A stretch of DNA of 64,000 nt, taken from the NCBI GenBank assembly GCA_001599295.1, contig BCGN01000001.1, forward strand, positions 434,001 through 498,000, written 5' to 3'. This document shows, piece after piece, positions 37,101 to 47,438 of the stretch. The first letter of the stretch is position 1; the number at the start of each line of letters is the position of its first letter. Position numbers and translations under genes: made by a program. Source of the stretch: Sporopachydermia quercuum (taxonomy: Eukaryota). The notes below the pieces were generated by a model, which saw nothing but the letters and a program-made list of their open reading frames with translations, made no database searches and had not been told where the DNA came from.

Positions 37101-37753
37101 AGATCACTTACTACAAATAGTAATATAGCTAGAGCATTTTGTTGAATGTCTGAACTTCCATTTATGCTTGCACATTCTAATAAAACTGTAACATTATACC
37201 CCAACTGAGGCATTTGATTCTTGAGTCTATTTTCATATATCGTGTTGTTTCTTGATATGGCTTGCAATATGGTCATGTTGAGTTTCAGTCCCCTAGAAAT
37301 TAGATCGAGAGGCTTCATGCTCACGTCTATAAGTGTTGGCGGACCGGCCATGAAGAGTAAATTCACACTCAAAAGTTGATTCAACACAGTTGTATGTNAA
37401 GTTCCAGGGTACCTCCAACAAGTTTCAACCAAGCTGTCAATTATAGAGAAACATAGGCTTACTATGTCAGAGCTTAGAGTTTGTTTCTTGAGTAGAGGGG
37501 CAATTGGAAGGAAGACATAGTCACCAAAAGAAGGACTAAGTGGTGGTTCATCATTTCGCCCAAACTCTTCGGAACGAAGCCTTATTCTTGCATTTTCTAA
37601 CTTTCTATCTATCTCTTGTAGCGATTGCGTTATCTCTGATTGGTAATTATCGAATGACGGGAGTAGAGTAAACCGAGATAGTTGAACACACGGTGGTTTG
37701 ATTTCTCGAAATGTAAACTCGCGAAACTCTTCGATTCCTGATGTTTGTTCCAT
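34184..37753 (-). CDS. TTI1: TEL2-interacting protein 1 (TTT complex, HEAT-repeat)
   Basis: 1189 aa; N-terminal F..IKPPCVQLS, DYVFLPI, ILPGIVSKI, LIVENLDYLTDAIS, FYPLLNEIWP and GDFMSTR; close to MAE1 as in S. cerevisiae (YKL033W/YKL029C). Confidence 0.85.
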   Translation of the reverse strand: MEQTSGIEEFREFTFREIKPPCVQLSRFTLLPSFDNYQSEITQSLQEIDRKLENARIRLRSEEFGRNDEPPLSPSFGDYVFLPIAPLLKKQTLSSDIVSLCFSIIDSLVETCWRYPGTXHTTVLNQLLSVNLLFMAGPPTLIDVSMKPLDLISRGLKLNMTILQAISRNNTIYENRLKNQMPQLGYNVTVLLECASINGSSDIQQNALAILLFVVSDLLERNGDLLAIILPGIVSKITKVINSKYELNSEATQRTTDENDGFPNELLSYRPKTHYNVISKSFSLLSNIISSVFPDKDFPEVCLSQNISLSTIKASVESFKLQQQEHEQNVKVFNDQGRAKGIRSVSWLKATKEQVRIAIGSVIHFRAHQKSEIQLSVLEFCKKILENCIYTLDTLIPILIDSIIFIASSANRKVVLSITKYIEHELAVSNEFREVLMSRILEWINSLPTFSSFSNENKLLEIIRCITAAFNFXMNHKLIYPHHGWTEMMLYTQLLRNLSGCLRFESSKQLIFSDNPSDQKSILEVLSFNNEEVKQESTIVDYKTLGFNNFPSQDLQEAILRLFDAISTMPLDSLTSFVEVYNELEESVSADSKINVFLLKLYTIRGILRSTKNDTFEQNDNNLSEWIELDESDVQDKSGLLKSSEIQEFAYELFDEFKHYLSEEQHTFGGKETTIAEINTLKFIALSGLYSSIQILGDAVRDELAEIMYFVVGFMGDESMIVREQAKTFLYNVALSAGYESPKTLIVENLDYLTDAISSKLVSLDITPEIPVFLSLLITLGGQEVLPLMDDIMSSIFSVIDNFYNYSKLLENFFAFFGYFIEESQKILKKTNVAICWNQESIQDENSERTTVENISGNFTKTYNSFQQKLEYICKTENSYQGTEYEGYEEIEKDISKSPSNEEEDQDVSGTELAENDEIPKWDSKISKTNYFLIRKIVIYCGRCLGHPSSNLRTRLLRLISSSLFILSSSEMDFYPLLNEIWPLVLTKKFDTEVSVKEAYIECVSAMFEYGGDFMSTRLEEVWIDVRFQLSSFLKASNKPFIRSKSSSMKTHLVEVKEKPTILLPIASNGKVQLSDNNSNKHNIETLREINXLSSIRNQSANEDLLVEWPIQDSTLNCYIKCLTSMMKTGIVRRTIAESMIETTMQLIRLVQKRPIDTRGILSENLNELKGYLTTNYNDLMSIHDFGMV

Positions 37754-38110
37754 CTTTCTAGTATGTATAATCCTAGATCTCCAAATATTTCAATTGTTCT
37801 GTCCTGCATTTGAATTGATCATGAATCAATGTGTAGTTATTGATGTTTTGTGAATTCTTGATGTTCAAGTAGACTAACAATTAGTGGCATGTGGAATGTT
37901 CTTGTGAAACCCTCTTAGTAGTAAAGCTGAGGGGCCAGTTGAATCATCGTATTCCTAATGGAGAGTCACTATATATTTTGTAGGTTATGGCCTCCTTGTG
38001 GTTCCTTGTGGTCGGTTTTTGATTTACAACTATTGATCAATGATGAGCTTAGGAATTTAATGAGAACATCTAATAAATTGGCAGAGAAAGCATTTTGCGG
38101 CATAAGTATA

Positions 38111-38118
38111 CACGTGAC
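38111..38118. promoter_or_regulatory. Cbf1-type E-box in the divergent TTI1/FDH1 promoter
   Basis: CACGTGAC (reverse complement GTCACGTG). Confidence 0.4.
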
Positions 38119-38631
38119 TTTGCTGATTTTTGTAAGTAGGAAAAATCTGATATCATATGTTCGACAAGGAACAATGGTACTGCGTTCTGAGCAGGATACA
38201 TTATTGGTCTTCAATCACAATGAAATTCCGTATACAATGTCATGGTTTTGCAGCGCCAAAATAATTGGAGCATTACCAATTTGGATATTATACGCTACAC
38301 ATATACTATGTTCGTTTCTCGTGGATTAGAACAGTTTAACATTGCATACAAAAACCAATACCCCACTACTGATTCAAGCTGCTAATGAGTCGAGATACCA
38401 AAAACAAATGTCTAAAAAAAAAAAGAAAAAAAAAGGAACAAAAAAAATTATTCAGAGATAAGATACCTCTCAGAAACTTATTTAGGCACCAGAAGGATAC
38501 CAGAATTTGTTATCGATCGAGAAAGGAGCTCGGTTCCTGAGAGATACAATGATCAGNTAAACAAAAAAAAAAAAGAAAAAAAAAAAAATTCAAATAAAGT
38601 TTTAAGTTCGTATTCTGTGGAAGATTGATCC

Positions 38632-38645
38632 GTAATATTGTGGGG
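38632..38645 (+). promoter_or_regulatory. Mig1/CreA-type site upstream of FDH1
   Basis: AT-rich run followed by GTGGGG at 38640-38645; a second CCCCAC at 38361. Similar SYGGGG sites lie upstream of the ATO genes (1963, 3157, 8518). Confidence 0.35.
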
Positions 38646-39434
38646 AAACTCTACAGATGCGGTAAGCCTTTCATGTACAAACCTATTAACCCTATCAAAT
38701 GACGAAGTGTCCCTTATAGAAATCAAACAATAGATTAAACGGGCCTCTAAAATTTACCATCTTAGGGATGTCAAGAGGGGTTGTCATCCGTGCTATCCAT
38801 TAAATACATAAAGAGAAATACTCTTAAAACAGAACAAAGGGATAATCAGGGGTACATCTGTAAACTCGTCAACACCGTATCAATTAGCTAAAACTTAAAA
38901 GGAAGTCGAAAGAGTTTAGAATGGTACCATTTATTATAGGTAAGCCAAAAGCATAATATAAAGAAGATATACACTATTTACACTAAGGGGATATCAGCTC
39001 AAAATTGGGACAAAATATTCACAAAGCATGACGAATTGGCCCTTTAATTAACACGGAACACCTTGCCGAATATCAGTATACAGAAAGTACCTCCATCTAC
39101 AATAGTATATCATATATCAATCAAGTTGCATACCAAGTTTAAGCGCGGATCAAGCAATAAATAGATAACTGAGTTGAAGNATTAGGAGAAATAGGGCATG
39201 AAAGGAGAGACAACCAAAAAGGAGTAATGATGAAACTGATCACTATAAATACAAGGGCAAACCCCGAGAAGATTGTAGTAGTTTTGTCTTGGATGGATCC
39301 CCTTTCCTTCCTTCCTTCTTCTTTATGTTAAAATTAAGACAAAGCAACAAGGAAAACACTTGTAATAAAAACCAAGGTGAATTCGGAAACAAAAGAATAT
39401 TGAATACAACTAACTACTCAGAACATATAATAAG

Positions 39435-40523
39435 ATGGTTAAGGTACTTATGGTTCTGTACTCCGCTGGTAGTCATGCTGATGATGAGCCAGGCCTGTTT
39501 GGATGTATAGAAAACGAACTTGGTCTCAGAAAATGGTTGGAAGAAAGGGGCCACACCTTAGTGTCGACTTCGAACAAAGAAGGCCCTGACTCTGACCTAG
39601 ACAAAGAGATTGTGGATGCCGAAATTCTGATTACGACTCCATTTCACCCCGGTTACATTACTAAGGAAAGAATCGCAAAAGCGAAGAACTTAAAACTTTG
39701 TGTCACTGCAGGCGTCGGTTCGGATCATATCGACCTGACCGCTGCAAACGAAAGAAAAATTGCAGTATTGGAAGTCACTGGATCGAATGTTGTATCAGTA
39801 GCCGAACATGTTATAATGACAATGCTTGTTCTTGTAAGAAACTTTGTGCCCGCTCACGAGCAAATAATCAGAGGTGAATGGGATGTTGCAGGTGTAGCCA
39901 AAGATTCGTACGATCTAGAGGGAAAAGTCATCGCAACTGTCGGAGCTGGTAGAATTGGTTATCGAGTTTTGGAACGACTTGTAGCTTTTAATCCCAAAGA
40001 ACTACTTTATTATGACTACCAGGCATTACCAAAGCAAGCAGAAGAAAAAGTTGGTGTAAGACGTGTCGAAAATCTAGATGAAATGGTCGCTCAAGCAGAT
40101 GTAGTGACTATCAACTGTCCTCTTCACGAGCAAACAAAAGGACTATTCAACAAGGAACTCATTTCCAAAATGAAAAAAGGTGCTTGGCTTGTTAATACTG
40201 CTAGAGGTGCTATTTGCGTTGCTGAAGATGTAGCCGAAGCTGTTAAATCAGGACAACTAAGAGGATACGGTGGTGATGTATGCTATCCTCAACCAATGCC
40301 CAAGGATCATCCATGGAGAACAATGGAGAATAAATATGGTGCTGGTAATGCTATGACGCCACACATCTCTGGAACGTCCCTTGATGCTCAGAAGAGATAT
40401 AGAGATGGTGTTGAAAGCATCCTTGAAAGCTACTTCTCAGAGAAATATGACTATAGACCTCAAGATATAATTGTCATCGATGGCCACTATTCCACCAAGG
40501 CCTATGGTACCGACAAAAAGTAA
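39435..40523 (+). CDS. FDH1: NAD-dependent formate dehydrogenase
   Basis: 362 aa; [72 protein letters not shown]. Confidence 0.97.
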   Translation: MVKVLMVLYSAGSHADDEPGLFGCIENELGLRKWLEERGHTLVSTSNKEGPDSDLDKEIVDAEILITTPFHPGYITKERIAKAKNLKLCVTAGVGSDHIDLTAANERKIAVLEVTGSNVVSVAEHVIMTMLVLVRNFVPAHEQIIRGEWDVAGVAKDSYDLEGKVIATVGAGRIGYRVLERLVAFNPKELLYYDYQALPKQAEEKVGVRRVENLDEMVAQADVVTINCPLHEQTKGLFNKELISKMKKGAWLVNTARGAICVAEDVAEAVKSGQLRGYGGDVCYPQPMPKDHPWRTMENKYGAGNAMTPHISGTSLDAQKRYRDGVESILESYFSEKYDYRPQDIIVIDGHYSTKAYGTDKK

Positions 40524-41156
40524 GGTACATCGTCAAACCCTCGATATATAGTTAAGTAGTAGTTACTTTACCGTCATGAGGACTTTGAAAAAGTCAATAA
40601 TGCATTGCGTTTACTGAACTCGAATATAGCTCATTATCCAAAATTTCTTCGTAAAAGGTGAATAAGCAAAGAAGAATAAACCAGTAGTATGAAATCAGTG
40701 GGTTGATTAGAGAAAGGTGGTTTTTTGATAATTATTCGGTTACGATCCTAATCATTTCAAGGAATAAGCAGTCAAATATCCTCTTGCCAAATAAGAAGCG
40801 GTATATGGATGGGAAGGTTAGGTTTGTAGTTGGGGTCAGAGACGTCCTTAAAGTGAGACGCAATGTGCTCAACAACCCCATTAAGAGGAAGGAGAGTGTT
40901 ACCCGATCGTGACATTGACACCGTGATGTAAAATACACGCTTAACTTTACTATGTTAAATGTGAGAATAACAAACCCACGCAAATTCAACTTTTCATTTC
41001 TTTTACACTTTGGACTGAAAAAAGGATTTACATTATTTTTCTTCTATCTCCCAAATAATATACATATTTCAGACAATTCACTGCGATAATTATCTAGGAG
41101 AGTCACTTAAAATACAATCGAACAACGAATCAACTTTGAGCATCCACTTATAATCT

Positions 41157-41604
41157 GTATGTGAATAGTTATAGCACCAGAGTTTTATTATTCAATATTA
41201 AGGAGTGTTGTATGGATAATGTGAAGGATACTGGACGAAAATATTTCATAGAAGCAGGGTTAAAACTGAACTAGTTTGACTTGGAATATAGCCTTCCAAG
41301 ACTTAGTATCTTTCAAATCTCCTGAAAGCTTTGTTTTGTGTATTGGACGACGAGAAAATCTGNACGCTGGGGGCCTGACCAACGACCATGAAGTAATGAT
41401 GGGATTCAGTTCTCAGCATTGAAAAATGTGACTTGATTTCTTTTCTAGGGGTTGTAGATACTTCTTGTTCGACTAGTCCTGCTTGACGTAGCTGTTATAA
41501 TCCGATTTCCTCAAATCTCATTATTTCAGTGAAAGAGTTACTGATCATGAATCCAACTGGGACACTCATGTTCATAAGGATTTTTTTTACTAACTACTTA
41601 ATAG
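41157..41604 (+). other. 5'-UTR intron of RPS22
   Basis: GTATGT at 41157, TACTAAC at 41588, and TAG ending at 41604, 7 nt before the ATG. S. cerevisiae RPS22B has the same arrangement. The donor choice is inferred. Confidence 0.8.
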
Positions 41605-41611
41605 ATTCAAA

Positions 41612-42268
41612 ATGACCAGAACTTCCGTTTTAGCTGATGCCCTAAATGCCATCAACAATGCCGAAAAGACCGGTAAGAGACAGGTCTTGATCCGACCATC
41701 TTCTAAGGTCATCATTAAGTTTTTGTCTGTTATGCAGAAGCATGGTAAGTTATTTTCTTCTCCCAATACTTATTCTATTTTATTTTGGAATTTCACCGAT
41801 AGATAACTGGATGAGAAGTTTCTGGTTCTACTTGTCTTTTAATGAATCGGAAGAATAATGTGATTTTTTTTTAATCACAGGTAAAACAAGTCGCTATACA
41901 ATTTTATATTCAAAATATTTTATAAAATTGAATGTAGTTTTTACCACATTTATTTGATTCTCTTTTCCAAAATTGATAAGAAAAATNGATTTACTAACGG
42001 GTGACTAGGTTATATTGGTGAATTCGAATATGTCGATGATCACAGATCTGGTAAGATCGTCATTCAATTGAACGGTCGCCTCAACAAGTGCGGTGTTATC
42101 TCTCCAAGATTCAACGTTAAAATTAACGATGTTGAAAAGTGGGTCACCAACCTTTTACCTTCTCGTCAATTTGGTTTCGTCATCTTGACCACTTCCGCCG
42201 GTATTATGGACCACGAAGAAGCCAGAAGAAAGCATGTTGCTGGTAAGATCTTAGGTTTCGTCTACTAA
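41612..42268 (+). CDS. RPS22: 40S ribosomal protein S22 (uS8), 130 aa
   Basis: Exons 41612-41744 and 42009-42268; intron [73 protein letters not shown]. Confidence 0.98.
41794..41951 (+). ncRNA. SNR44: Intronic box H/ACA snoRNA, snR44-like (18S pseudouridine-106 guide)
   Basis: Hairpin 1 is closed by CCGAT/ATCGG. Pocket strands GATAACT (41802-41808) and TTTAATGA (41838-41845) are complementary to the conserved 18S UCAUUAAA-UC-AGUUAUC. H box AGAATA (41852-41857) lies 14 nt from the pocket. Hairpin 2 is GGTAAAA/TTTTACC, followed by ACA (41946-41948) and TTT. Confidence 0.85.
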
Positions 42269-42623
42269 ACTTTATGGGACTATAAAATAAAATAAAACTT
42301 AATTTGTAACATACTTTCTCAATGTAGATTTGACAATTGTACCAGTATTGCTTTCACTCCAATATTACATCGTATTCTGTCTTTCAGAACTTGACAAAAT
42401 AAACAGTCGATTTGTTGATTCAAGATTTCGCGCTAATGATGTATTGGCAGACTTCACATTCTTCACTTAATTTTTTGACCTGATACATTGACAATAAATA
42501 GTAGTGTTAGGATATTGTTCGTTTTCTTTTAATGATTCAGATGTCGTTCATACTGTAAATTAAATTACCTCTGTAAATACAATATATAAATTGGAACATT
42601 AAAAACGTAAGTATAATAACTAG

Positions 42624-44777
42624 TCAAGACTTATAAACTATAATGCCATCGCAATCAACAACTTTGATGACTGTATTTGTATGCTGATAACTTGAAGATT
42701 TATTCGAATTCACCAATTCTTGAAACAGCAAAGACCATTCATAATTAGTTCTAGGTAAGTTGATATTGATTTTAGAACTAACCTTATAGGGGAACTTGCT
42801 TTCCACTTGTAGTTTCTTATTCATTGTTTCCCTATATTTAATTATTTCATCGTCAATAGCTTTCTCTGTTATCAGTCTTCTATATATCGGAGGTTTTGTT
42901 GTTAGAACAAATGTGACTTCTTCAAATTTTGAGTAAAGTTTCGTAAAGCTGGCAAAAATTTTAGCGCATGTTTTCACCTTTCTTCTGTAGGTCTCAGTAT
43001 ATCCTTCAAGTATCAGGTGCTGCTCTTCTTCAGTTAGATGATCACACATACTGAAATTGTTCTTGTCATAATATACAAAAGCATTTCCACTTTCAAAGTC
43101 TATGCTCGTGTCTGAACCAACACCACAAAAGCCATGACCTTCATACATAAACTTTTGAATGAATTCACGTCTTTCTTCTCTCAGCAGCTCAGCAATCTTA
43201 TTATCTTCTTTAATATTAAACTCATCATATGACTCTAGACCCAAAAGAAGCTCACGAGATATAAATGACACATTCTGAAATACTACAGTTTTTAGTTTTG
43301 GGGCGTGCGTTATAGATGTCAATAAAGGAAGTAGAGACTCACCGTTTCGGTAAAATTGAGTCTCAAATACAATTGGACTTGTATTGGGTAATCGCACTTT
43401 TTCGTTTTCCCCAGCGTTAGAACCACGAATAGGCATAGTATAATAGTGTTCAATAGATCCCAAAAGCGATTCGCTTACCAGGCGTGAGCCATTATATCTC
43501 TCAACATGCCCATAGATGCCAACTCGAGTGGCTGATTCAAATATTGAAGCTGCTGAGCCGATGACCCCGTCATATCCGAGCTCCAAGTTATTTTGGTCAT
43601 TGTGTAACTGGTCTTCTTGTTCTGATTCTTCAAGCTCAGATGAACACTTTTCGTTCGTAAAAATAGATGAACCCATATCTACTTCTAACTGCTCGAGACT
43701 TCTGAATTGTTGAACAAGAGCAAGGTCAAATGGTGACCGTAGTCTATTAAGTTTCAATAGAATCACTTCTCTGAAGTACGAGGATATAAACTTTCTTCCA
43801 CTATTCGTTACAGTGCAAGACTGAAAAGAAAGAGTCTGTACTGGTGAAGATAATCGACTGAGAGGGTCTGTTGTAATTGTACGCGGATCATCATATCCAG
43901 TAGAAGCGTGCTGGACTAATGGCAAATATTTGTCCTTTCTCAATGAGACAGAATCTATGACCATATTAGTGAGCTTGAGTTGTTTAATAAATCCGAATGG
44001 CCATAACAGGTTTGACCTCAAAGGAATATTCCAACCTGGTTCAGAGGATAAGCATAGACAATCTAGTCCTGGAGAGATGATAGTTTCGTCATCGTCTATT
44101 GCTGAATCAGTTTCTAGCTTCANCATTGAAGATGATTGAAAAATAGACGCGATTAACTTTCTAGATTGGGTTAAAGAACTCCTTCTATGCCCTTGATGTT
44201 CTTCCCCAACTCCGTTTCGCTTCAGATACGATAAAGCTGAACTGAATTCAAACCTTGGAGATAATTCTCTTATGTCGACTTGCAGTAGTTCAGGTAACTG
44301 CTCTATAGCCGTCACTAGAAGATCAGAGTAAGATTCCTGTGGACCTTCTGTCGGAGCATTGTACGCATATCCCAATCTCCCAATATTCATTTGATTCCCA
44401 TGTTCAGGGGTTGGGCGAAAAACCTTGAGTTCTTTCACCCACTGAGCCAACTCTTTGTTTCTAGTTATTGTTCTTCTGAACTTGAATAAGCTGATTTTAC
44501 TTCTCAGCTCAACATTGTTATAAATGTACTTCTTAGAAACAATCTCATGCAGTGACCTACAAGTTGATGCAAGTGTCAAGCGTTCTTGTGCCGATAGATG
44601 AACAATTATAATGTGGAGAATTTCACTTGGTAAATCGACAAGCAGTGAATTGCTGTTGCAGGCAGGCACTTCTCTGTTGGAAAGGCTGTTCAGCTTGTTC
44701 GACTTAGACACAAGGCCAACAAGCTTGAACTTAGCCATCTTTTTGAAAGCTCTTTGTTTTGAATCTTGACTACTCAT
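42624..44777 (-). CDS. F-box protein (SCF substrate adaptor), 717 aa
   Basis: LLVDLPSEILHIIIVHLSAQERLTLASTCRSLHEIV F-box followed by LRR-like LxxLxL segments; ortholog not recognised. Confidence 0.8.
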   Translation of the reverse strand: MSSQDSKQRAFKKMAKFKLVGLVSKSNKLNSLSNREVPACNSNSLLVDLPSEILHIIIVHLSAQERLTLASTCRSLHEIVSKKYIYNNVELRSKISLFKFRRTITRNKELAQWVKELKVFRPTPEHGNQMNIGRLGYAYNAPTEGPQESYSDLLVTAIEQLPELLQVDIRELSPRFEFSSALSYLKRNGVGEEHQGHRRSSLTQSRKLIASIFQSSSMXKLETDSAIDDDETIISPGLDCLCLSSEPGWNIPLRSNLLWPFGFIKQLKLTNMVIDSVSLRKDKYLPLVQHASTGYDDPRTITTDPLSRLSSPVQTLSFQSCTVTNSGRKFISSYFREVILLKLNRLRSPFDLALVQQFRSLEQLEVDMGSSIFTNEKCSSELEESEQEDQLHNDQNNLELGYDGVIGSAASIFESATRVGIYGHVERYNGSRLVSESLLGSIEHYYTMPIRGSNAGENEKVRLPNTSPIVFETQFYRNGESLLPLLTSITHAPKLKTVVFQNVSFISRELLLGLESYDEFNIKEDNKIAELLREERREFIQKFMYEGHGFCGVGSDTSIDFESGNAFVYYDKNNFSMCDHLTEEEQHLILEGYTETYRRKVKTCAKIFASFTKLYSKFEEVTFVLTTKPPIYRRLITEKAIDDEIIKYRETMNKKLQVESKFPYKVSSKININLPRTNYEWSLLFQELVNSNKSSSYQHTNTVIKVVDCDGIIVYKS

Positions 44778-45889
44778 GTTNCAATATTACTCTTTTATAT
44801 AGCTGATCAATCATCCAAAGGAAGAAAGTCAAGATAACAATTGAAATTTGGAACTTGATCTCCAGAACTATGAGCCGTTGCTTTTCAAACAGTGACTATC
44901 TATCACATGAAAGATTAAAGAAGGAAAGTGGATGAATCAAACATACGACTATGATTGCTTGAGCGAAGTAATCAAGAACATAAATCGATGAGAAACTATT
45001 TATTTACTTTTAGAGAAGATTAAGAGAAATTCTTCTATAGAATGTACGTTAGTTTAGTCAAATCTTCAATTTTTTAATAGGGTTCTTCCAAAGCCAACTT
45101 TAAATATGTTAACCATCATCATCATCGATAAACTATCAACCCTTTGCTGATTCTGAACATAAGTAATTTTACATATCATTCGTCTGGAAGAATTTTGCCA
45201 AATGTGAATTGAATATTCTTGATACTTTTATCCCGTTCAATTATGTATATTGAACTGTAAACCCGTTGAACTAAGACCAGGCTGTATTCATGTGATTGGA
45301 AGGTTAGTACTTAGGCTATAAACCTTGCCGTATGGAATATGAGATGAGCTCCGCTATTCAAGCTATCCAAAGCTGTTCATGTTCAGATCATCGATTCGGT
45401 AAATAAAAAAAGTCTTTATCACGCTGAGAGAAACATAAAGACCTAGGTAGGCTACAGTTTTACAGGATGCTAGTTTCTAAGATTACAGGCCATTGGAATC
45501 TGCTCTCACCTACTCTACTCTACGTTCGAACCCATCTTCCATCTAGTATGCCTTCAATCATTTTAATTTATATTATAGTTACTCACATTCTGTACATATA
45601 CCGAAACAGTAACATCTTCAGGTGCAAGAAATATAGTGTCTCATCACAGGTATATATACATATTTATGATTGGATCCTATAAAGTGTTACCCTCCTAACA
45701 AATTCAACTTTGAGAATTCATTAATTTGTCATGGTTGATACACCTCAGGAACGTGAAATACATATGAATTACAATACAAGGAATGAATATTGAATTAAAC
45801 TATTATTACATTGCATGAGACGATATCAGGGACCAAATAGACAATTCAGGGTTGTTACTATTGAAATTCGGAAGGTTTCGTGGAACAAG

Positions 45890-46468
45890 ATGTTCAGATC
45901 ACTTTCATCAAGATGTGTTGGTATTGCCAGAGACCAGTCACTTGGCATAACGAGCAAGTGTGTTCCATCAATGACAAATGTTCATAGTCCTTTCAAAATG
46001 TTCTACTCTACAGAGCCCGTAAAAGCAACGGACGATGCTGATAAAAAAGCTGGATCCCAAGTGAAAATCCAGAATACTGTTCAACCAATTATCCCTACAG
46101 CTGAACTCCCTATACCTACTCCAACATCAGATGTTCCAGACGTCAAAACATTTCTCACTAAGATAGGCAGGAATACGATTGAGCACGCAGAGATTTTTGA
46201 AGATTCATGGGAAAAGCTTTTCAAACTTAGTTCGAAGAAGTTGAAAGATGCAGGAATAGAAGCCAAGACTAGACGTTACATTTTGNCATGGAGAGACAAA
46301 TTTAGGAGGGGTGTGGAATTGAGACCGTTCAAGATTCCCCAGAAGAAGTGCGGCGGTGAAAGAAAGAGAGCTACTGTTTTGGCTAAATTAAGAGCGCAGA
46401 AACGTCTTGAAGAAAGACAGAAGAAAGAAGAAGAACAAAAGAAGGAGGAAGAACAACAACGATTGTAA
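45890..46468 (+). CDS. FYV4: Mitochondrial small-subunit ribosomal protein mS41 (IGR motif)
   Basis: VPDVKTFLTKIGRN..FEDSWEKLFKLSSKKLKDAGIEAKTRRYIL.W..KFRRG. Start placed at MFRSLSSR (presequence-like); an upstream in-frame ATG at 45815 is possible. Confidence 0.88.
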   Translation: MFRSLSSRCVGIARDQSLGITSKCVPSMTNVHSPFKMFYSTEPVKATDDADKKAGSQVKIQNTVQPIIPTAELPIPTPTSDVPDVKTFLTKIGRNTIEHAEIFEDSWEKLFKLSSKKLKDAGIEAKTRRYILXWRDKFRRGVELRPFKIPQKKCGGERKRATVLAKLRAQKRLEERQKKEEEQKKEEEQQRL

Positions 46469-46722
46469 CAACATCACCTGAAAGCAAGCACAGCGGGCTT
46501 GGACAATAAGAGCTAGTTACACTGAATGGAACAATCGATTCTCATCCGAATAAACGGAACGACGTTAGTAAACGCGCTTTTAACATTTGGTTTTATAAAG
46601 AAAGTGATATTGAATCACGTATGTACATAGTATTTCATTGTAATTCAACAAGAATTCAGATGTAACCAATTCTGATACTCTGTAGTCTCAATTTATTCTT
46701 GCATTAGTNTAATCATTAATGC

Positions 46723-47438
46723 CTACTCAAATTTAGATTTTAGCATTTGAGCTTCTTCAATCATAATCTCCATCGATCTTGATTGACGGTGCTCATCCTC
46801 AATTTTTGTTGGTTTAGATTTTTGAGCAANTTCTTTGAGCTTAGAGAACCCAACATTAANATCAAATTCACCAGAATCCATTTTCTCGTAGATCATGTCA
46901 ACTCGTCCTTCAAAATCATCCACTTTTCTGGGTATGATATGACAATGTAAATGAGGTACTGTCTGACCTGCAAACGGACCATCTTGAATTGCTATGGTCA
47001 TTGATTGTGCCTCAAATATTTCCTCAATTTTCTGTTGAACCCGCTGAACTGTTTGAAAAAAATCAACAGTTTCATCAACTTTTAGATCTTTTAATCGTTG
47101 CACAGGTCTTATAGGACAAACAAGNACATGACCAGGTAGAATTGGTTTCAGATTGACCAAAGCAAATGAATACTTGGTTGTCTTTATTTTAGTTAGTCAG
47201 TAACCAAACCAGGTGGGTCTTTTCAGCTATCAAGCACTTCATGATGTTTCGTTATCTAATTCTAAAGGCACATACCAGAAATACCTAATAAATTTGAAAC
47301 AAATTTTGGTAGTTTTGTTAGAATAAATGGAACATGAATCAACAGTATAAGAATATGCTCCGAGTATAGTTAGTTATTGATGTATCTACAATATTCACTC
47401 ACTTGATCTGTCACAATAAACTTGCCAAATTTGATCAT
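46723..47438 (-). CDS. HNT2: Dinucleoside triphosphate hydrolase (Fhit/HIT family; 3 exons including a 9-nt microexon; 167 aa)
   Basis: Exons 47438-47403, 47284-47276 and 47181-46723 give MIKFGKFIVTDQ-VFL-TTKYSFALVNLKPILPGH; QDGPFAGQTVPHLHCHIIPR is the HIT motif. Confidence 0.9.

Noticed and set aside
34966..37145. Several plus-strand ORFs antisense to TTI1 (and similar shadow ORFs opposite other genes)
   Set aside because: Typical antisense shadows of a long coding frame with no independent motifs.
38413..38588. Two poly(A) tracts as retrocopy tails
   Set aside because: No associated element or target-site duplication; consistent with nucleosome-excluding promoter tracts.
41394..41545. Box C/D snoRNA in the RPS22 5'-UTR intron
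   Set aside because: The C box is imperfect (ATGATGG) and no rRNA-complementary guide was found; better explained as structured intron.
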